Assembly (NCBI GenBank): GCA_016432345.1
Contig: CP066685.1
Location: 695,740-759,739 of the forward strand
Reading direction: 5' to 3'
Length of the DNA: 64,000 nucleotides
From: Candidatus Levyibacteriota bacterium
Lineage (GTDB): Bacteria; Patescibacteriota; Microgenomatia; Levybacterales; UBA12049
Numbering within the stretch: the stretch's first letter is position 1; each line of letters opens with the position of its first letter. This document shows positions 59,959 to 64,000 of this stretch, piece by piece. The translations under genes and the position numbers were made by a program. The notes below the pieces were generated by a model. The model worked only from the letters and a program-made list of their open reading frames with translations, was not told the DNA's origin and searched no databases.

Positions 59959-60531
59959 TTATTTTAGTGGTTTAGATGTTGGTGTAACTGTGGGAGTGGG
60001 GGTTGAAGTTGCGGTTGGTTCTGGCGTTGAGGTTGGAGCAGGAGTAGAAGTTGGGACCACAACTGGACAAAGCGCTGTATCCGCGCATGGAGCAACCGTT
60101 AAATTGGGGGAGGTAACGCTGTAGTTGTAAGTGGTTGTACTACATGTTGCAGAGTCAATAACTTGATTGTCATCGCACCGCTCGAGTTTGGCAAAAAGAC
60201 GATAAGAACTCCCATCTGTAGCAGGCTGATACGAATACTCAAAAGAACCACCTGGATCTTTTGGCATCTTCATAAGATACGGTGAAAACGGTTCGCCCCA
60301 TACGACTTCGGAGGATGAAGGATATTTGCCGTTATCTGCATAGTAGGATTCCAGGGCATTGCGTACCTGCAAAAGTTCCTGTTTTCTCTGCGAATCCCGA
60401 GCCTTTTTAAGTAAATCTACCGGATTTATAATCGTCAGCAGTCCGGCAGCAAGAATCCCCAAAATAGCAATCACTACTAAAAGCTCAATCAGAGTAAAAG
60501 CCCGCTCGGCAAATAACAATCGCTTTTTCAT
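59959..60531 (-). CDS. GspG-like pilin with Pro/Thr tail
   Basis: AFTLIELL, ARDSQRK; tail shared with the 58786 pilin. Confidence 0.85.
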   Translation of the reverse strand: MKKRLLFAERAFTLIELLVVIAILGILAAGLLTIINPVDLLKKARDSQRKQELLQVRNALESYYADNGKYPSSSEVVWGEPFSPYLMKMPKDPGGSFEYSYQPATDGSSYRLFAKLERCDDNQVIDSATCSTTTYNYSVTSPNLTVAPCADTALCPVVVPTSTPAPTSTPEPTATSTPTPTVTPTSKPLK

Positions 60532-60573
60532 CTTAATGATAAGGTATCAATTCGCCAAAATTATGTCAAGCCC

Positions 60574-63500
60574 CTACGGAGCAACCTCCTGCCAAATATA
60601 GTTGGGGGATTTAAGAAAATCAGGAGCATTTAAAATAAAGTCTAATCGCTCGAAAACTTTAAACGATGGCGTGGTTTTGTTATTACTGCAAAGGTTTCTG
60701 TGATTTATTATCTGTCCTCCTTGCAATTTAGCATTAGTTACCAAAGCGCCGGCAATACTAAGCTGGGTATCTGGTGTTGGAGGGCTGGCTTGACAGCCGG
60801 CAATATCGTTTCCCTCCAATACAATGTCTGAATCACTGCTGTAAAATCCTTCCAATTTGGTAACTGCTTTATCAACTGTAATTTTCCCAGATACCGAAAA
60901 GGTAACAGTCGAACCAACCGGTACAATAATATTCTCGCTGATATTAAGGTTGCCATTTACCAGTATGACATAATTTTTACCATTCGGGAAAGTATATCCG
61001 GTACCAGACAATGTTAAATCGCCTTCTGATTTATACAAACCATTTGTTAATTGACTAATATCCGATGGAAAAGGATTTGGGACAATCCCGTTTTGCCTGG
61101 CGGTGGTGGTCATATAATCGTAGGAGGTTCTAATTGCTCCGCTCACAGGCGTAAATGTTTCTTTCCACAATCCCGAACCAGCTTGCCAATCGTAGTCTTT
61201 CGATGCCCGGCCGCCTGCTACCCCAAAATTTGGGGTGGATCCGCCGGAAAAGATTACTCCAGGTGTTTGGCCGCCGCCGCCATCACCTCTGCCAGGCAAA
61301 GACGCGTATGGCTCCATACCCGTTCTACCCTGGGGAATTGAGTCCACAAACCCGCTATCCATGCGCATATCCCCGCCCACTCCCTGAAACCAGGACGAAG
61401 TACGAACATTTACAGTAACTCTAATAGATTGTGGAATACAATTACGTTGGGCTATCAGCGGATCGCTAGATACCCCTGCATCCTCATTTACTGTTAGCGT
61501 AGCTGTTCCCTCACTAATAGCATTAACTGTAATAATTGCTCCTTGAGGAACTCCCCTAGAAATTCCAATTATTTGACTCTCGGGATCACTAGTATACCAG
61601 CCTATTAAACCTGGATTTCCATTATAGCCAGTGGCGGTTAAGGTGAGCGTTTGTCCAGGCTCCATGGTTATATTTAATCCCGGTGATACCCGCAGGATGC
61701 TGCACCAATACGAAACATCGGTACTGCAGTAGTTGCTAAAAAGACCATTGCTGTTTTTGGCATAGGATTTTGGGTGAAACTGACCCGCAGAATCATATCT
61801 GTGCGTAGCGGTCGAGCCGCCTGGAGTAAGAAAAAGCGAGGTTATAGGATCATCGAAATTGTAGAAATAACTGCTGATTGCCTGCGGCGGGGCGGGGCTG
61901 GTATCAATGCTGGCCGAGTATTGACTTGTTATTATGTTTGAATATCCACTCAAAAACAAAGGTCTAACAAAGGCAAAAAGGTAGCTTCCGGCCGGGGTAA
62001 TTAGATAATCCCGTTCTCCGCCTATCATATGGCTTACGCCCGGTATCCTTTTTAAAGGCAGCCACGGGCCTAAAGTGCCGTCGCTGCTATTAACAGCCGA
62101 AACAAAATCAACGCTAGTCTGTAAGCCGTTTTCTGTAAAACGCAGTCCTGTTACAAAAGCGTAGCCGTTAGACGCAAAAGCATTTGAAAAGTGACCATTT
62201 GGCGGGGCCGTAAGCCGCGCCCAGGAATCTAACGACCCGCCCCCAGATCTTATCCGCGCTCCAAAAACATTTGTTGTTGTCCCATTGAAATCAATTAAAT
62301 AAAGATAATCGTTGGCTACAAACAGATCCTTTATTCCATAAGGAGAGTCCACCTGGGGCATAGGTAATTCTTCCCAGTTAAGACTGTCTGTTGAGCGCAA
62401 AATTTTTGCTGTTACCGCGCCTGCTTCGCTTCTTGTTCCCGAAACAATTAATTTATTACCATAACTAGTCATCGAATAAGGCGTAAACCCCGCAGGGAAA
62501 TTTGGGTCACGGGAAAGCCAAGAACCAAGACTGCCATCGCTACTATTAACTTGAACATTGTAAAACTTATACACATTAGCGCCATAATGATTGTAATTGG
62601 CAATTACATAGATATTATTGCCTCTGTTTGCAACAAGCTGACCAGGATTTAAAGTATAAGAAGGATCAGCGCTGGTGCCGGGATTAGGCAGCGACCATTC
62701 CGGTTTGCTAACCCACGGGCCTAAAGTGCCGTCTGTTTGATATTGCGCTCTAAGCACATTAGCAAGAGAAGCTGTGCCATAAGCCCCCCCAACCATAAAA
62801 AGATAATTATTCACCATTACAGGTTTTGAGTACCAAATAGGAGGATAAGACTGATAAGTGTTTTCAAAAGACTGCAGTGTGCCGTTGGCGTTGATTTTGG
62901 CGGCAAGACTGGCATTAAGCGAGGTTGTTACAACAACAATATACCCGTTTGCTAAAACCGCAGATTGCGGCCATGCGCCAATAAAAGTTGGCGTTTCGGA
63001 CATCTGCCATCCTTCTTCTCTAAGAGTGCCATTATTTTGGTTTATAGGAGCAAATTGCGTAAATCCACCGCTGGTAACATACAAATAATTACCCGATACC
63101 GCAGAATTACTCATTACACCAGGATAAGATAAATCAGTAAGGGTCTGCCATGCGTTTATAGTACCATCGCTATTTACATAAGCTGATTTTACTGTTTTTA
63201 TCCATCCGCTATTATCATTGCCCCCTGCTATAAAAATGTAATCGTTGGCGGCCGCGGCTGAATGATAATACAATGGGATTGAAAGTTTTGTAGTTTCTGT
63301 CCAATCGCCTAAAGAAACGCTGTCTCCGTTGATAGTTATTTTGGCGGAGTAAGTTGTATCTTTGGAGAAACTTCCATACAAACCTCCTGTTACAAACAAA
63401 TATCCTTTAATTGCGACAGTAGCATGAGTATATCGAGGCTGCGGCAGGGACGTAAGGGTTGTCCACTGGTCTAAAGTGCCGTCATCGTTAACCTTGGCGG

Positions 63501-64000
63501 CATAGACGGCGGATTGCGTTGTACCATCGTTTGCCATACCACCGACTACAAAAAGAAAACCATTATACACAGTGGCAGTATGATTATGAAGCTGTTTGGG
63601 CAAAGAAGAAACAGTGCTCCACTGGCCTAAAGTGCCGTCATCGTTAACCTTGGCGGCATAGACGGCGGAAGAATAATATCCTCCTGTAATATAAACATAA
63701 CCATTAACCGCGGCTGTGGCGTATCCAACCATCTCTTGTGATGTAAGAGGAACTGCCATAGGATTCCACTTCGCAACAACATTGCTGGGATTAGCGGCAA
63801 TGGTGTTAAAGACAACGTCAAGCGGCCGCTCGCCCCTATCTGGCTGCGCAGTTAGGCTTTGACAAAAAGGCCTATCCGCCTCGCCCGCAAAACCAAAAGA
63901 AACACTTTGGCTATAAACAGAACAACTTCTATCTTCACAGTTATAAAGGCCGGAGTTAACATTGGAAAATTCCGGCGCGCCGCCTGGTCCAATCGTGTCG
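60574..64000 (-). CDS. large Kelch-like repeat surface protein, 5' end outside window
   Basis: Repeats of YxxGG...A.VNxDGTLGxW; frame stays open from 63759 to the window end. Confidence 0.8.
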   Translation of the reverse strand, partial: DTIGPGGAPEFSNVNSGLYNCEDRSCSVYSQSVSFGFAGEADRPFCQSLTAQPDRGERPLDVVFNTIAANPSNVVAKWNPMAVPLTSQEMVGYATAAVNGYVYITGGYYSSAVYAAKVNDDGTLGQWSTVSSLPKQLHNHTATVYNGFLFVVGGMANDGTTQSAVYAAKVNDDGTLDQWTTLTSLPQPRYTHATVAIKGYLFVTGGLYGSFSKDTTYSAKITINGDSVSLGDWTETTKLSIPLYYHSAAAANDYIFIAGGNDNSGWIKTVKSAYVNSDGTINAWQTLTDLSYPGVMSNSAVSGNYLYVTSGGFTQFAPINQNNGTLREEGWQMSETPTFIGAWPQSAVLANGYIVVVTTSLNASLAAKINANGTLQSFENTYQSYPPIWYSKPVMVNNYLFMVGGAYGTASLANVLRAQYQTDGTLGPWVSKPEWSLPNPGTSADPSYTLNPGQLVANRGNNIYVIANYNHYGANVYKFYNVQVNSSDGSLGSWLSRDPNFPAGFTPYSMTSYGNKLIVSGTRSEAGAVTAKILRSTDSLNWEELPMPQVDSPYGIKDLFVANDYLYLIDFNGTTTNVFGARIRSGGGSLDSWARLTAPPNGHFSNAFASNGYAFVTGLRFTENGLQTSVDFVSAVNSSDGTLGPWLPLKRIPGVSHMIGGERDYLITPAGSYLFAFVRPLFLSGYSNIITSQYSASIDTSPAPPQAISSYFYNFDDPITSLFLTPGGSTATHRYDSAGQFHPKSYAKNSNGLFSNYCSTDVSYWCSILRVSPGLNITMEPGQTLTLTATGYNGNPGLIGWYTSDPESQIIGISRGVPQGAIITVNAISEGTATLTVNEDAGVSSDPLIAQRNCIPQSIRVTVNVRTSSWFQGVGGDMRMDSGFVDSIPQGRTGMEPYASLPGRGDGGGGQTPGVIFSGGSTPNFGVAGGRASKDYDWQAGSGLWKETFTPVSGAIRTSYDYMTTTARQNGIVPNPFPSDISQLTNGLYKSEGDLTLSGTGYTFPNGKNYVILVNGNLNISENIIVPVGSTVTFSVSGKITVDKAVTKLEGFYSSDSDIVLEGNDIAGCQASPPTPDTQLSIAGALVTNAKLQGGQIINHRNLCSNNKTTPSFKVFERLDFILNAPDFLKSPNYIWQEVAP

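Overview
AT-rich bacterial chromosome segment (code 11), most consistent with a Patescibacteria/CPR Microgenomates genome: DUF5660-like gene, short ThrS, PheT and trigger factor, paired glucosaminidase-like genes, many pilins. Contents: 10 tRNAs, housekeeping genes, a type IV pilus/pilin cluster, and, unusually for CPR, a complete ilv/leu pathway and a complete shikimate-Phe/Tyr operon inserted between rplT and pheS. Four leader-peptide attenuators missed by the ORF track control these operons: MKQFCILTVVLIDLA (ilvB), MKTNQNILLTIDLLLTEI (leuA), MNKNQIITITTIPS (ilvA) and MKQFNNRKITFWFYFTS (aro). Each sits at or just after the predicted +1 of a sigma70 promoter and has antiterminator/terminator hairpins. 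Other highlights: an HNH and a LAGLIDADG nuclease ORF that each run exactly 36 nt into a tRNA and stop at TGA in its anticodon loop; a frameshifted DUF3800-like gene with a convergent candidate small RNA; a RAYT whose REP is copied in-frame into aroA; a 21-nt pilin-identical patch in a NiCoT remnant; a 134-bp exact direct repeat bracketing a pilin/ATPase cassette; heptamer-repeat elements; and pervasive leaderless promoters. All calls are by-eye motif recognition; no searches were run.
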